A stretch of DNA of 64,000 nucleotides from an uncultured beta proteobacterium (GCA_963791595.1 CAWBTF010000014.1:455417-519416); one strand, 5' to 3'; shown: positions 38,044 to 48,364, numbered from the stretch's first letter. The notes: a model not told the origin generated them from the letters alone. Program-made: numbers and translations.

Positions 38044-38961
38044 ATGACCAGCGTTCTGTTCCTCGAGCAGTCGCTCAACGGCGTGCAGTTCGGTCTGATG
38101 CTGTTCCTGCTCGCCGCGGGGCTGACGATCGTGTTCGGCGTGATGGACATGATCAACCTCGCGCACGGCGCGTTCTACATGGTCGGCGCGTTTCTCGCGG
38201 CCTGGTTCGTCGCGGCGACCGGCACTTTTCTCGGTGGGCTGCTGATCGCCGTGGTGCTGACCGCGCTGTTCGGCATGGCGGTGGAGTCGACGCTGCTGCG
38301 CACGCTGTACGCGCGCGATCATCTGTCGCAAGTGCTGGCGACGTTCGCGCTGATCCTGATCCTGAACGACGGCGTGGAGATGATTTTCGGCACCGACGCC
38401 ACGCTGTCCACGCCCGCCGCGCTGTCCGGCCCGGTCGATCTGGGCGGCGGACTCACCTACCCGGCGTGGCGCCTGGTCATCATCGCCGTGGGCTTAGGCC
38501 TCGCGCTGGCGCTGTACCTGCTGGTGCAGAAGACGCGCATCGGCGCGCTCGTGCGCGCGGGCGCGTCGAACCGCGAAATGAGCCTCGTGATGGGCGTGAA
38601 CATCGAGCGCCTGTTCACGCTCGTGTTCGGCCTGGGCGCGGCGCTGTGCGCCGTGGCCGGCGGGCTGCTCGGGCCGCTGCTCGCGGTGCAGGTAGGGATG
38701 GGCGAGAACATCCTGATCCTCGCGTTCGTCGTGATCGTGATCGGTGGCATCGGCTCGATTCGTGGTGCGTTGATCGGGGCGCTGCTCGTCGGCGTGGTCG
38801 ACACGCTCGGCCGCACGCTGCTGCAACAGGTCCTGCGCGAAATGCTGCCGCCGCAGTGGGCGAGCGCCGCCGGGCCGGCGTTCGCGTCGATCGCGGTGTA
38901 CCTGCTGATGGCCGGCGTGCTGGTGTTCAAGCCTTCGGGCCTGTTTCCCGTGCGGGCCTGA
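38044..38961 (+). CDS. livH: branched-chain amino-acid ABC transporter permease LivH
   Basis: start MTSVLFLEQSLNGVQFGLMLFLLAAGLTIVFGVMD…. Confidence 0.88.
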   Translation: MTSVLFLEQSLNGVQFGLMLFLLAAGLTIVFGVMDMINLAHGAFYMVGAFLAAWFVAATGTFLGGLLIAVVLTALFGMAVESTLLRTLYARDHLSQVLATFALILILNDGVEMIFGTDATLSTPAALSGPVDLGGGLTYPAWRLVIIAVGLGLALALYLLVQKTRIGALVRAGASNREMSLVMGVNIERLFTLVFGLGAALCAVAGGLLGPLLAVQVGMGENILILAFVVIVIGGIGSIRGALIGALLVGVVDTLGRTLLQQVLREMLPPQWASAAGPAFASIAVYLLMAGVLVFKPSGLFPVRA

Positions 38962-39016
38962 TGCAGCGCCCGGGAGCTTGCCGGACTTCGGGCCGGGCCC
39001 GCCGGAAGTGCGTGCG

Positions 39017-39976
39017 ATGAGCCCGGCGCGCCTCGTGGCCCTGCTGGGCATGCTCACGCTCGCGGCCACCGCGTTCGCCCTGCCTTGGCTGCTGCGCGCC
39101 TTCGACGCCGAGTTCTACCTGAGCTTCGCGAGCCGCATCGTCGTCTTCGCGATCGCCGCGACCAGCCTGAATCTGCTGCTCGGTTACGGAGGCATGGTCT
39201 CGCTCGGCCACACCGCGTTCTTCGGCCTGGGGGCGTATGCCACCGGCATTCTGCTCAGTGAGGGCGTGCAGTCGGGCGCGCTGCACGGCCTCGTCACGGT
39301 GGCCGTGGTCGCGGTGGCGGCACTCGCGATCGGCGCGATTTCGCTGCGCACGCGCGGCGTCTACTTCATCATGATCACGCTCGCGTTCGCACAGATGCTC
39401 TTCTACCTGGCGAATTCGATCAAGCAGTACGGCGGCGATGAAGGGTTAACGCTGAAGTTGCGCACGCTGCTGCCGTTCGGCCTGAACCTGCGCGACGGCG
39501 TGACGCTCTACTTCGTGGCGCTGGCCGCGCTCGCGGCCACGCTGCTGCTGCTCGCGCGCTTCACGCATTCGCGCATGGGCCGCGCCGTGCTCGCGCTGCG
39601 CGACGATGAATTGCGCGCTGAAGCACTGGGCCTGCCGACGTATCGCATCAAGCTCGCAGTCTTCGTCGTTGCCGGCGTTATCGCCGGGCTGGCCGGCGCG
39701 CTGAACGTCAACCTGCAAGGCTATGTCAGCCCAAGCCAACTGCACTGGACGCAATCGGGCACGCTGCTCGTGATGGTGATCCTCGGCGGCGTGGGCACGG
39801 TGTGGGGCGGCGTGCTCGGCGCGGCGGCGCTGTTGCTGCTGCAAGAGGTGTTGTCGGCGTACACCAGGCACTGGGGGTTCTGGACCGGCTGGGTGCTGCT
39901 CGCGGTGGTGCTGTTCGGGCGCCAGGGGCTGGTGGGGTTGATCGCGACATGGTTCGGGCGGGCGAAGAAGGCGTGA
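39017..39976 (+). CDS. livM: branched-chain amino-acid ABC transporter permease LivM
   Basis: start MSPARLVALLGMLTL…; polytopic. Confidence 0.85.
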   Translation: MSPARLVALLGMLTLAATAFALPWLLRAFDAEFYLSFASRIVVFAIAATSLNLLLGYGGMVSLGHTAFFGLGAYATGILLSEGVQSGALHGLVTVAVVAVAALAIGAISLRTRGVYFIMITLAFAQMLFYLANSIKQYGGDEGLTLKLRTLLPFGLNLRDGVTLYFVALAALAATLLLLARFTHSRMGRAVLALRDDELRAEALGLPTYRIKLAVFVVAGVIAGLAGALNVNLQGYVSPSQLHWTQSGTLLVMVILGGVGTVWGGVLGAAALLLLQEVLSAYTRHWGFWTGWVLLAVVLFGRQGLVGLIATWFGRAKKA

Positions 39977-39984
39977 GTGCACAG

Positions 39985-40746
39985 ATGACCGCGCCGCTGC
40001 TCGACGTGCAAGCCTTGAGCAAACGCTTCGGCGGCGTCGTCGCGACCGACGGCGTGAGCCTGTCGGTGCAGCGCGGCGAGATCCACGCACTGATCGGCCC
40101 GAACGGCGCGGGCAAGACGACACTCGTCGCGCAACTCGCGGGCCAGTTGCGCAGCGACTCCGGCAGCGTGCATTTCAACGGCGCCGACATCACGAGACTC
40201 GCCGCGCACCAGCGCGCGCGGCGCGGCCTGGTGCGCTCGTTTCAGATCACGCGGCTGCTGAAGAGCCTGTCGGTGCGCGACAACCTGGCGTTCGCGGTGC
40301 AGGCCACGCAAGGCGGCGTCTTCAGCGCCTGGCGGCCGGTGAGCGCCGATCGCGAGCTGGCGGCGCGCGCCGAAACGCTGCTCGCGCGCCTGGGCCTGGC
40401 CGACAAAGGCGAGGCGAGTGTCGAACAGTTGTCACACGGCGAACAGCGCGCCCTCGAAGTCGGCATGACGCTCGCGAGCCGGCCGCAACTGGTGTTGCTC
40501 GATGAGCCGCTGGCCGGCATGGGCGCGCAAGAGTCGCAGGGCATGTCGGCGCTGATCGCCGGGCTGCGCAGCGAGTGCGCGGTGCTGCTGATCGAGCACG
40601 ACGTCGACGCCGTGTTTCGCCTGGCCGATCGGGTGACCGTGCTGGTGGGCGGGCGCGTCGTCGCGAGCGGCGCGCCCGACGAGGTGCGGCGCCATCCCGA
40701 GGCGATCGCCGCCTATCTGGGCGATCCGCAGGGGGCGCCGGGATGA
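39985..40746 (+). CDS. livG: branched-chain amino-acid ABC transporter ATP-binding protein LivG
   Basis: Walker A GPNGAGKTT; signature LSHGEQRALEV. Confidence 0.88.
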   Translation: MTAPLLDVQALSKRFGGVVATDGVSLSVQRGEIHALIGPNGAGKTTLVAQLAGQLRSDSGSVHFNGADITRLAAHQRARRGLVRSFQITRLLKSLSVRDNLAFAVQATQGGVFSAWRPVSADRELAARAETLLARLGLADKGEASVEQLSHGEQRALEVGMTLASRPQLVLLDEPLAGMGAQESQGMSALIAGLRSECAVLLIEHDVDAVFRLADRVTVLVGGRVVASGAPDEVRRHPEAIAAYLGDPQGAPG

Positions 40747-41465
40747 GCGCCGACCTGCTGCACGTCGAGGGCTTGAGCGCGGGCTACCAGCGCACGCCCG
40801 TACTGTTCGATGTGGACTTGCAGGTGCGTGCCGGTGAAATCGTCGGCCTGCTCGGCCGCAACGGCATGGGCAAGACGACGCTCGTGCGCAGTCTGTTCGG
40901 CCTGGTGGCACGCAACGCCGGCACGGTGAGCTTCGACGGCGTGGCGCTCGGCGGCTTGTCCACGCACCGCATCGCACGCCTGGGGCTCGCCCTCGTTCCC
41001 GAAGGGCGGCAGATCTTCGGCAACCTGAGCGTTGAAGAGCACTTGACAGCGTTTGCACGCGAAGCGAGGTCCGCCCCGGGCGGTGCAACGCTCTGGACAC
41101 CGCAGCGCCTGTTCGATCTGTTCCCGCGCCTGGCCGAGCGCCGCCGGCACATGGGCGGTCAACTCTCCGGCGGCGAGCAGCAGATGCTCGCGATCGCGCG
41201 AGCGCTCGTCACGAACCCGAAGCTGCTGATCCTGGACGAAGCGACGGAAGGCCTGGCACCGCTGGTGCGTGAGGAAATCTGGCGCGTGCTGGGCCGTCTG
41301 CGCGAAGCGGGGCACGCGATGCTGGTGATCGACAAATACGTGCAGCGGCTGATCGCCATCGGCGACCGGCAGGTGATCCTGGAGAAAGGGCGGGTCGTGT
41401 GGAGCGGGAGCTCCGCGGCGCTGGATGCGGACCGCGGCGTGTGGGCGCGGCATCTGGGGATTTGA
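40743..41465 (+). CDS. livF: branched-chain amino-acid ABC transporter ATP-binding protein LivF (ATGA overlap with the livG stop)
   Basis: Walker A GRNGMGKTT; signature LSGGEQQMLAIARAL. Confidence 0.88.
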   Translation: MSADLLHVEGLSAGYQRTPVLFDVDLQVRAGEIVGLLGRNGMGKTTLVRSLFGLVARNAGTVSFDGVALGGLSTHRIARLGLALVPEGRQIFGNLSVEEHLTAFAREARSAPGGATLWTPQRLFDLFPRLAERRRHMGGQLSGGEQQMLAIARALVTNPKLLILDEATEGLAPLVREEIWRVLGRLREAGHAMLVIDKYVQRLIAIGDRQVILEKGRVVWSGSSAALDADRGVWARHLGI

Positions 41466-41678
41466 GAGGCCGAACGCCTGCGCTTTGGGCTCGCGGGCAT
41501 CGTCAAGCCGGACCGGGCAATGCCTCGCGCAGCATCTGTTTCATCAACTTTCCATTCGCATTGCGCGGCAGCGGCGAATCGCTCCACGTGATTGTCTCGG
41601 GAACCTTGTAGTCGGCGAGCAGCGCGGCGCAGTGGCTGCGCACCGCGGCGGCGTCGCGTGTCGCGTCCGGCGCGTAGA
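41405..41678. repeat. left copy of a 274-bp direct duplication flanking the IS (covers the last 61 bp of livF, the intergenic region and the 3' end of the acyl-CoA synthetase gene)
   Basis: matches 43654-43927 except for 2 substitutions (G/A and T/C). Confidence 0.85.
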
Positions 41679-43653
41679 CCCGACTTCCGCGCTTTTCCGC
41701 CCGCTTTACCCGCTCAGTCGTTGTGAATCAATGACTTATGTTCGCCGGGCACTACGTTTTTCGGTCTCGGGGGTGTGGCCGATGTAGTGCCCGCAGGTGG
41801 GGTTGGCGATGGGAGTCTTCGATCAGCTGCGATCCACCTCGACATCGAGATTGCGTTTGAGGCCGAACGCCTTGTAGATGCGCGCCGCGTCGTGCCCGAA
41901 GACGCTGGGCAGGCGGTACTTGGCCTTCGTGGTCTTGTGCTGCACGATGCTGGCCTGCACGTCGTGCAGGACGGCGCGGATGCGCTGCACGCTCATCGAG
42001 CCTTGCGCCAGCCCGATGCGCTGCTGGGCGTGGCGAGTCAGCGCGAAGGCCAGGTAGCACAGACCGATGTGGGCTTGGATTCGCTCGGGCTTGAAGTGGT
42101 AGATCGGGCGCACGGCCAAGCCGTGCTTGAGCGTGCGAAACGACTCCTCGATCACCCACAGCCGACGGTAGCGCGCCAGCAGTTCGCGAGCCCGGCTCGT
42201 GCGGTCGTTGGTGACGATGGCGTGCAGCCCGTCCCAGGCCGCGTCGTTGGCGATTCTGTCCTCGTCCAGCACGAACGCGCCGCCCGTGTCGGCCTGCTCC
42301 ACATAGCGCAGGTAGCCCGAGTTGGTGATCAGCTTTTGCGCGTTAGGCTTGGCGGGCTTGATCTCGCCGGTCTTCTTGTCCACGCGCTGGCTGGGGCCCA
42401 GCTTGGCGCTCAGGCGCTCAAGCAGCGCTTGGCGGTCGGCCCGATCCTTGTGCGCGCGCTTGGAGCTGTAGGTGACGATCAAGCGTCGGCCCTGCCAGTC
42501 GAACTCGCGCACCCAAACCAGATCGCCCTCGACCTCGCACGGCGCGGCCAGCGCCGTTTGCAGCACCTGTGCCTGCTCGGCCGCCTTCAGGCTCCTGCGC
42601 AGCGGCATGGCCACCACGTAGCTCCAGGGTGCGGCCTCCAGCGCGGTCAGGTTGGCCTTGCTGCACAGCGCCCGGTCGGCGACGAAGCTGACGCGCTCGA
42701 TCTTCAAACTCTGCTGCCAACTCCGCATGCACGCCAGCAGCGTACTCACCTCGGCCGTGTTCCCGGGGAACAGCTCGTAGCCGATGGGCAGCCCGTCGGC
42801 GTCGGTGGCCAAGGCCAGCACCACCTGCGTGCAGTGGTACTTCTGGTCCTTGGAGTAGCCGAAGGCGCGCAGCGTGTCGGCATCCACGCTCTCGAAGTAC
42901 AGCGTGCTCACATCGAACAGCATCACCTGCGCCGCGCCGCCAATCAGCGACGCGGTGGCCTCGTGCACGATTGCCTTCAAGCGATCGAGCCGCTTGTGCA
43001 GCGCATCCATCAGCCGGTACAAGCGGTCCAGCGGGTAGGCGCGACCGTAGTGCGCATCGAGCTCGGCGGCGCTGCCGCGCTTGGACGCCGGGGCCATGAC
43101 GCGGGCGATAACCAAGTCGCGCAGCATGGCCGTGCCGTGCACGCCCAGGATCCGGTCGAAGTGCAGGTAGTCGAACAGGTGGCCCAGCACCTCATGGGGC
43201 CCTTCCACGCGGCGCGCCACCTCGGCGACCTCGGCCAAGCGCACCTGGTCGGGCGCGGCCACCGAGGCCAGCGTCTGGCGCGGCGGGCGCCCGCCGCGGC
43301 GCACCGGGGCAGACTCGAACAGCGCCCCGGCATTGAGCCGCTCGGCGAGGCTGCGCGAGATGAACTCCTCGGCCATCGCGCGCAGCTTGATCTCTTCGTC
43401 GGCATCCAGCGCGATGCCGATGTGGCGCACGATGCGTTGCGTGACGCGATCGCCCTTTCGCGCGGACTCGACAACCTGCACGCTGCGGCGCGGGGAGTTG
43501 GGCGAGGACTTGATGCGAACGAACACGCCGCCACGTTACGCCACGATGGACCGCGACGCAAGCGGTATTAATAACTAGCTAGGCACTACAACTCCAAAAC
43601 TCGATTCCTCACCTATGAAGAACGGGCTCGGGGTGGGCCAAAACCGCCGAAGT
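41679..43653 (-). mobile_element. insertion sequence, IS4 superfamily / IS1634-like, 1975 bp, with imperfect ~20-bp terminal inverted repeats (CCCGACTTCCGCGCTTTTCCGCCC … GGGCCAAAACCGCCGAAGT)
   Basis: a single 567-aa DDE transposase ORF; element ends are defined exactly by the flanking 274-bp direct repeats. Confidence 0.8.
41823..43526 (-). CDS. IS4-superfamily (IS1634-like) DDE transposase, 567 aa, GTG start
   Basis: MFVRIKSSPNSPRRSVQVVES… N-terminus and overall length and organisation typical of IS1634-family transposases. Confidence 0.75.
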   Translation of the reverse strand: MFVRIKSSPNSPRRSVQVVESARKGDRVTQRIVRHIGIALDADEEIKLRAMAEEFISRSLAERLNAGALFESAPVRRGGRPPRQTLASVAAPDQVRLAEVAEVARRVEGPHEVLGHLFDYLHFDRILGVHGTAMLRDLVIARVMAPASKRGSAAELDAHYGRAYPLDRLYRLMDALHKRLDRLKAIVHEATASLIGGAAQVMLFDVSTLYFESVDADTLRAFGYSKDQKYHCTQVVLALATDADGLPIGYELFPGNTAEVSTLLACMRSWQQSLKIERVSFVADRALCSKANLTALEAAPWSYVVAMPLRRSLKAAEQAQVLQTALAAPCEVEGDLVWVREFDWQGRRLIVTYSSKRAHKDRADRQALLERLSAKLGPSQRVDKKTGEIKPAKPNAQKLITNSGYLRYVEQADTGGAFVLDEDRIANDAAWDGLHAIVTNDRTSRARELLARYRRLWVIEESFRTLKHGLAVRPIYHFKPERIQAHIGLCYLAFALTRHAQQRIGLAQGSMSVQRIRAVLHDVQASIVQHKTTKAKYRLPSVFGHDAARIYKAFGLKRNLDVEVDRS

Positions 43654-43927
43654 CGGGAGCTCCGCGGCGCTGGATGCGGACCGCGGCGTGTGGGCGCGGC
43701 ATCTGGGGATTTGAGAGGCCGAACGCCTGCGCTTTGGGCTCGCGGGCATCGTCAAGCCAGACCGGGCAATGCCTCGCGCAGCATCCGTTTCATCAACTTT
43801 CCATTCGCATTGCGCGGCAGCGGCGAATCGCTCCACGTGATTGTCTCGGGAACCTTGTAGTCGGCGAGCAGCGCGGCGCAGTGGCTGCGCACCGCGGCGG
43901 CGTCGCGTGTCGCGTCCGGCGCGTAGA
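43654..43927. repeat. right copy of the 274-bp direct duplication flanking the IS
   Basis: see the left copy. Confidence 0.85.
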
Positions 43928-45362
43928 GAAACGCATGCACGCGCTCACCCAGCACCGGGCAAGGCCGGCCGATCACTGCGGCCTCCACCACCCCCGGCAA
44001 CGCCATCAGCGCGTTCTCCACCTCGACCGAATAGACCTTGAACCCGCCGCGGTTCAGCATGTCTTTCTTGCGGTCGAAGATGCGCACGAAACCTTGCGCG
44101 TCGATCGAGCCCAGGTCGCCTGAATGCCAGTGGCCGGCAGTGAATGAGCTCGCGGTCGCGGCGGCGTTGTCCCAGTAGCCGGGCACGACCATCGGCCCGC
44201 CGATCCACAGCTCGCCGGTTTCGCCGGCCGGCACTTCAACGCCTTGTTCGTCCATCACGACGATGTGCGCGCAAGGCAAGACGACGCCCACGCTGTCGGC
44301 GTGCTCGCGCGTCAGGCCGGCGGGCATCATCGTCGCGGGCGAGGTGGTTTCGGTGGCGCCGTAGGCGTTGAGCAGCACCAGCTTGGGCACCGCTTCGCTG
44401 AGCGCGTCGATCGTCGCCACCGGCATCGGCGCGCCGCCGTAGCCGCCGATGCGCCAACTGCCGCAGGTCGCGCTGCGCGAAGCCGGGCGTCATCAGGCAG
44501 AGCGTGTACATCGCCGGCACCATCAGCGTGTGCGTGATGCGTTCGCGCTGCAGCAGCTCCACGAAGTCGGGCGCCTTGAATGCGGGAACGACGATCACGC
44601 GCGCCACCCACGTTGACCATCGCCAGGATGATCGCGACCAGCCCCGTCACATGGCTCGCCGGCACGGCAAGCGCGGAGCGGTCACCCGGCTGCAGCTTCA
44701 TGCACGACTGGTAGTGCAGCACCGAATGCGCGAGGTTGAAGTGCGTGAGCATCGCGCCCTTCGGGTTGCCGGTCGTGCCCGAGGTGTAGAGGATGACGGC
44801 GGTGGCGTGTTCGCTCACCGCCGCGGCCTCGGGCGCGGCGCCGGGTTCGGCGGCGAGCTCGGCCAAGGGCATCGCGCCCGGCGCGGCACCGACCACGATG
44901 CGCAGCGCAAGCGAGGGCACTTCGGTCTCGCTCGGCACACGCTCGGCCAGATTCAGCGTCGAACACGATGCCCTTGGCCGTGCATTGGTTGAGCATGTAG
45001 GCCAGCCCGGCACGCGCTTCGCGCACGCCGATCGGCACCGCGATCGCACCGAGCCGCTGCAAGGCGAACAGCACGAACACGAACTCGGCGCGGTTGCCCA
45101 TGAACAGCGCGACGCGGTCGCCCGCCCCAACGCCACGCTTGCTGCAGACCGGCGGCGATGCGCGCGGCCTGCGTATCCAATTCGGAATACGTCCAACGCC
45201 GGCCGTCGCACACCAGCGCCTCTTGCGCGCCGCGCTCCCGCACCGCGCGCGCGAGCATCGCGTGCACGCTCGCGGGCGCCGCACAAAGGCGCGCACCAGG
45301 CGGTCGGGCTGCGGCGCTTCGATGCGCGTCGCGCCGACCGGGTAGTCTTGCCAGTGGTTCAT
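43752..45362 (-). pseudogene. AMP-dependent synthetase/ligase (acyl-CoA synthetase family), disrupted by at least 5 frame breaks; its 3' end lies inside the duplicated segment next to the IS
   Basis: at least 6 consecutive segments in alternating frames (MNHWQDYPVGA…; …LVCDGRRWTYSELDTQAARIA…; …GDRVALFMGNRAEFVFV…; …ILYTSGTTGNPKGAMLTHFNLA…; …ARVIVVPAFKAPDFVELLQRERITH…; …GELWIGGPMVVPGYWDN…NGKLMKRMLREALPGLA). Confidence 0.7.
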
Positions 45363-46096
45363 CGCAGATTCATCTCGCATCGCTCGTCGACTGCATCGGT
45401 CGGCTGCGATCGACGCCGGCTCCAACGCGAACTCAATCTCCAGCCGCACCCAGCCGGCACAAGATTCGCGCCGCGCTCGATCGTGAACTCGGTATCGATC
45501 AAGCTGCGCGAATGGTTCAGGTCGGACTGCGCGATCAGCACCGCCATCGCGCCGCCGCGCAGGCCGCCGATCACGTCAGCCAGGCGGTTCGCCAAAGCCG
45601 GCGCCACGCCCTCGAACGGCTCGTCGAGCAGCAACAGTTTCGTGCCGACCGCGAGCGCACGCGCGAGCGCGACGAGCTTCTGCTGCCCACCGGAGAGCAG
45701 CAGCGCCCGCCGCTCGCGCATCTCTTTCAGCTCGGGCAGCACGCCGTAGACGAATTCCAGTCGCGTCTCGGCCTTCAGCGCTTTCGACGCCCACACCGGA
45801 ACCAGGATGTTTTCTTCGACCGTGAGTTCGGGCACCAGGCCGCGATCTTCGGGCATGTAGCCGATGCCCAGGGCCGCGCGCGCGTGGCGCGGCAGTTTGG
45901 CGAGGTCCTGGCCTTCGAAGGCGATGCGGCCTTGCGTCACCGGCAAGTGCCCCATCACGCTGCGGATCAGCGTCGTCTTGCCCGCGCCGTTGCGCCCGAC
46001 CAGGCCGATCATGCGCCCCGCCGGCGCGGCCAGGCTCAGCCCGCGCAGCACCTGCACCGCGCCGATCGCGACGTGGATCGCTTCAATGGCGAGCAT
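45359..46096 (-). CDS. LivF-type ABC transporter ATP-binding protein (second Liv-like system)
   Basis: Walker A GRNGAGKTT; signature LSGGQQKLVALARAL; TGA overlaps the acyl-CoA synthetase ATG (ATGA). Confidence 0.8.
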   Translation of the reverse strand: MLAIEAIHVAIGAVQVLRGLSLAAPAGRMIGLVGRNGAGKTTLIRSVMGHLPVTQGRIAFEGQDLAKLPRHARAALGIGYMPEDRGLVPELTVEENILVPVWASKALKAETRLEFVYGVLPELKEMRERRALLLSGGQQKLVALARALAVGTKLLLLDEPFEGVAPALANRLADVIGGLRGGAMAVLIAQSDLNHSRSLIDTEFTIERGANLVPAGCGWRLSSRWSRRRSQPTDAVDERCEMNLR

Positions 46097-46898
46097 GGCG
46101 ATCCTGGACGGAGCCGGTGACGTAGCGGCGCACCTCCTCGAGGCCGAGCGCGACGCCCGGGACGTCGTCAGCGATGATCTTGCCGCTGTAGAACGCGAGC
46201 ACGCGATCGGCGTAACGCTCGACGATGTCCATGTCGTGTTCGACGAACAGCACCGTCAGCGCCTGCGCGCCGAGCGCCGTCATCACGATATCCATCATCG
46301 GAAACTTCTCTTCGGCCGAAACGCCACTGGTGGGCTCATCCAGCAGCAGCAGTTTCGCCTCGCCGGTGAGCGCCATCGCGATGTCGAGCAATTTGCGCAC
46401 GCCGCCGGGCAGTTCGGCGGCGCGGCGGTCGCGGTGTTCGCTCAAGCGAAAGCGCGCGAGCAGCTCTTCAGCGCGCGCCAGTGCACTCGGGCGCCGCGCG
46501 GCCTGCCAGAACGACAGGTGTTCGCCGTGGCACGCCGTGGCGACCAGCATGTTCTCGAGCACGCTGAGCTCGGCGCACAACTGAGGAATCTGGAACGAAC
46601 GCGCGACGCCGAGGCGCGTGATCGCGCGCGGCGAGAGCTGCGTGATATCGAGTTCGCCGAAGTGGATCGATCCGGCGTCGGGCTTGAGGTAGCCGGTGAT
46701 CATGTTGACGAACGTCGTCTTGCCCGCACCGTTGCTGCCGATCAGGCTCAGGCGCTGGCCGATTGGAATCTCGACGTTGATTTCGCTCGCAGCGACCACG
46801 GCGCCGAAACGCTTTTCGATGCCGGTGGCCCGAAGCATGGGGCGCCCACTCGCCGAGGGGGTTTCGCCCGGCTTCGGGCGGCCGTGCGCCGGGCTCAT
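46083..46898 (-). CDS. LivG-type ABC transporter ATP-binding protein (second system)
   Basis: Walker A GSNGAGKTT; alternative start MLRATGIEKRF at 46838. Confidence 0.8.
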   Translation of the reverse strand: MSPAHGRPKPGETPSASGRPMLRATGIEKRFGAVVAASEINVEIPIGQRLSLIGSNGAGKTTFVNMITGYLKPDAGSIHFGELDITQLSPRAITRLGVARSFQIPQLCAELSVLENMLVATACHGEHLSFWQAARRPSALARAEELLARFRLSEHRDRRAAELPGGVRKLLDIAMALTGEAKLLLLDEPTSGVSAEEKFPMMDIVMTALGAQALTVLFVEHDMDIVERYADRVLAFYSGKIIADDVPGVALGLEEVRRYVTGSVQDRHARH

Positions 46899-47874
46899 TT
46901 CCCACCCCCAGCCCCTTGAACCACTCGCGGTCGAACCAGAGCGACCCGATTCCGCGCGGCAGGAACCGGATCACGAACAGCAGGAACAGCCCGAGCGCCA
47001 ACTGCCAGGTGTTCGGAAAGTAGGAACTCGAAAACGAACGCACGACTTCGAGCACGGTGGACGCCACGAACACCGCGAGCACACTTTGCCAGCCGGCGAG
47101 GATGGCAACGAAGACGAATTCTCCGGACGTCGTCCAGTAGCTGAAGTTCGGGTCGATGTGGCCGAGCGACATGACGGCCAGCGCGCCTCCGGCGCCGCCG
47201 GCAAACGCAGCGAGCACGAAGTTCACCGCCATCACGCGCCGCACCGAGCCGCCGAGGTACTCGACGCGCAACTCGTTGTCGCGCGTCGCCAGGCTCACCA
47301 GGCCGCGCGTCGAATCGAAATAGACTCGCGCCAGCAGCGCGAGCAGCGCGGTGATGGTGACCGTCACGCTGTACATCACATAACCCACGCGGGCATCGGG
47401 CAGGCTCTGGCCGAACAGCGTGGGCCGGCCCATGTTGAAGCCGTCGGAGCCGCCGAGCGCCTCGGTCTTCACGAGCGCGCCGTAGGCCACCATCGACAGC
47501 GCGAGCGTGAGCATCGCGAAGAAGATGCCGCGGTAGCGCGACAGCAGCGGCGCGAACGGCGCCGCGATCAGCGTCGCCGCCGCGCCGCCGAGCAACGCCA
47601 GGCCCACGGCGTCGGTGATGCCGAGCTTGTTGAAACCCAGCGCCGCGGCGTAGGCACCGGTGGCGAACACCAGGCCCTGGCCGAACGACACCACACCGCC
47701 GCGCATCAACAGCACGATTCCCAAACTCACCAATCCATGCGACGCCGCCATCGTGACCAGAAACGTCAACCACTTCGGCATGAACGCTCCGGCGATCACG
47801 AGCAGCACGGTGAGCGCCACACCCGCGAGCAGGAAGCGCACTCCCGGCGCGGGCCGCGCGGGCAGTTGCTGCAT
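46895..47874 (-). CDS. LivM-type ABC transporter permease (second system); the C-terminus is reached only via a frame shift, with the TGA at 46895-46897 overlapping the livG-like ATG; alternative start at 47931
   Basis: ORF 46468-48006 encodes the permease body (MQQLPARPAPGVRFLLAGVALTVLLV…) but runs through the stop; the terminal …QGAGGGK* is in the frame of ORF 46895-48022. Confidence 0.65.
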
Positions 47875-47940
47875 GGGTTCCGATATCGCGGCGCTCACTG
47901 CGGAAGCTCCATCGAGCAGGGCAGCGCGCATACGTCCGCG

Positions 47941-48304
47941 CGGCAGGGCGGTGGCGGCGCCCCCGCTCTCCGGCCCACGCTCGCGGGGTACCACCGAAGC
48001 CCACAACAGACAGCCGCGTCATCGCCGTCCAAGTGCACGAAGAGCCAGGACACCGCGAATGGGGCCTGCGATCGGGGGCACCACCACCGCCCTGTGCAAG
48101 GTCGTTGGCGCGCCACCTCGTTGACCGTCACCTTCGTGCCGGGGGCAGGTGGCTCGGGGTGCGTTCGCAGGCCCCATTCGCGGTGGCCCGCAAGCGCATC
48201 CAGGGCACTGGCGGTTTTGACGCATAAATGATTCCCTGCCGCGACTGGTACCCCGCGAGCGTGGGCCGGAGAACGCACCCCGGGCCGCCTGCCCCTGCTC
48301 GATG
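47941..48304 (+). repeat. MITE-like repeat, copy C, inserted between the two permease genes of the second Liv-like operon
   Basis: TIR GCTCTCCGGCCCACGCTCGCGGGGTACC … GGTACCCCGCGAGCGTGGGCCGGAGAACG; about 93-95% identical to copy B. Confidence 0.8.
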
Positions 48305-48364
48305 CTCGGGCGCGGATCGGCCAAGTTGCCACCGACGCGCGGAAAGCAAGTGTCGAAACCGCGC

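Noticed and set aside
36726-39020. 764-aa ORF fusing livK, the REP pair and livH
   Set aside because: Read-through created by a missing base near 37908; the conserved LivK C-terminus (…QCSMPK*) appears in the +1 frame and livH has its own start at 38044.
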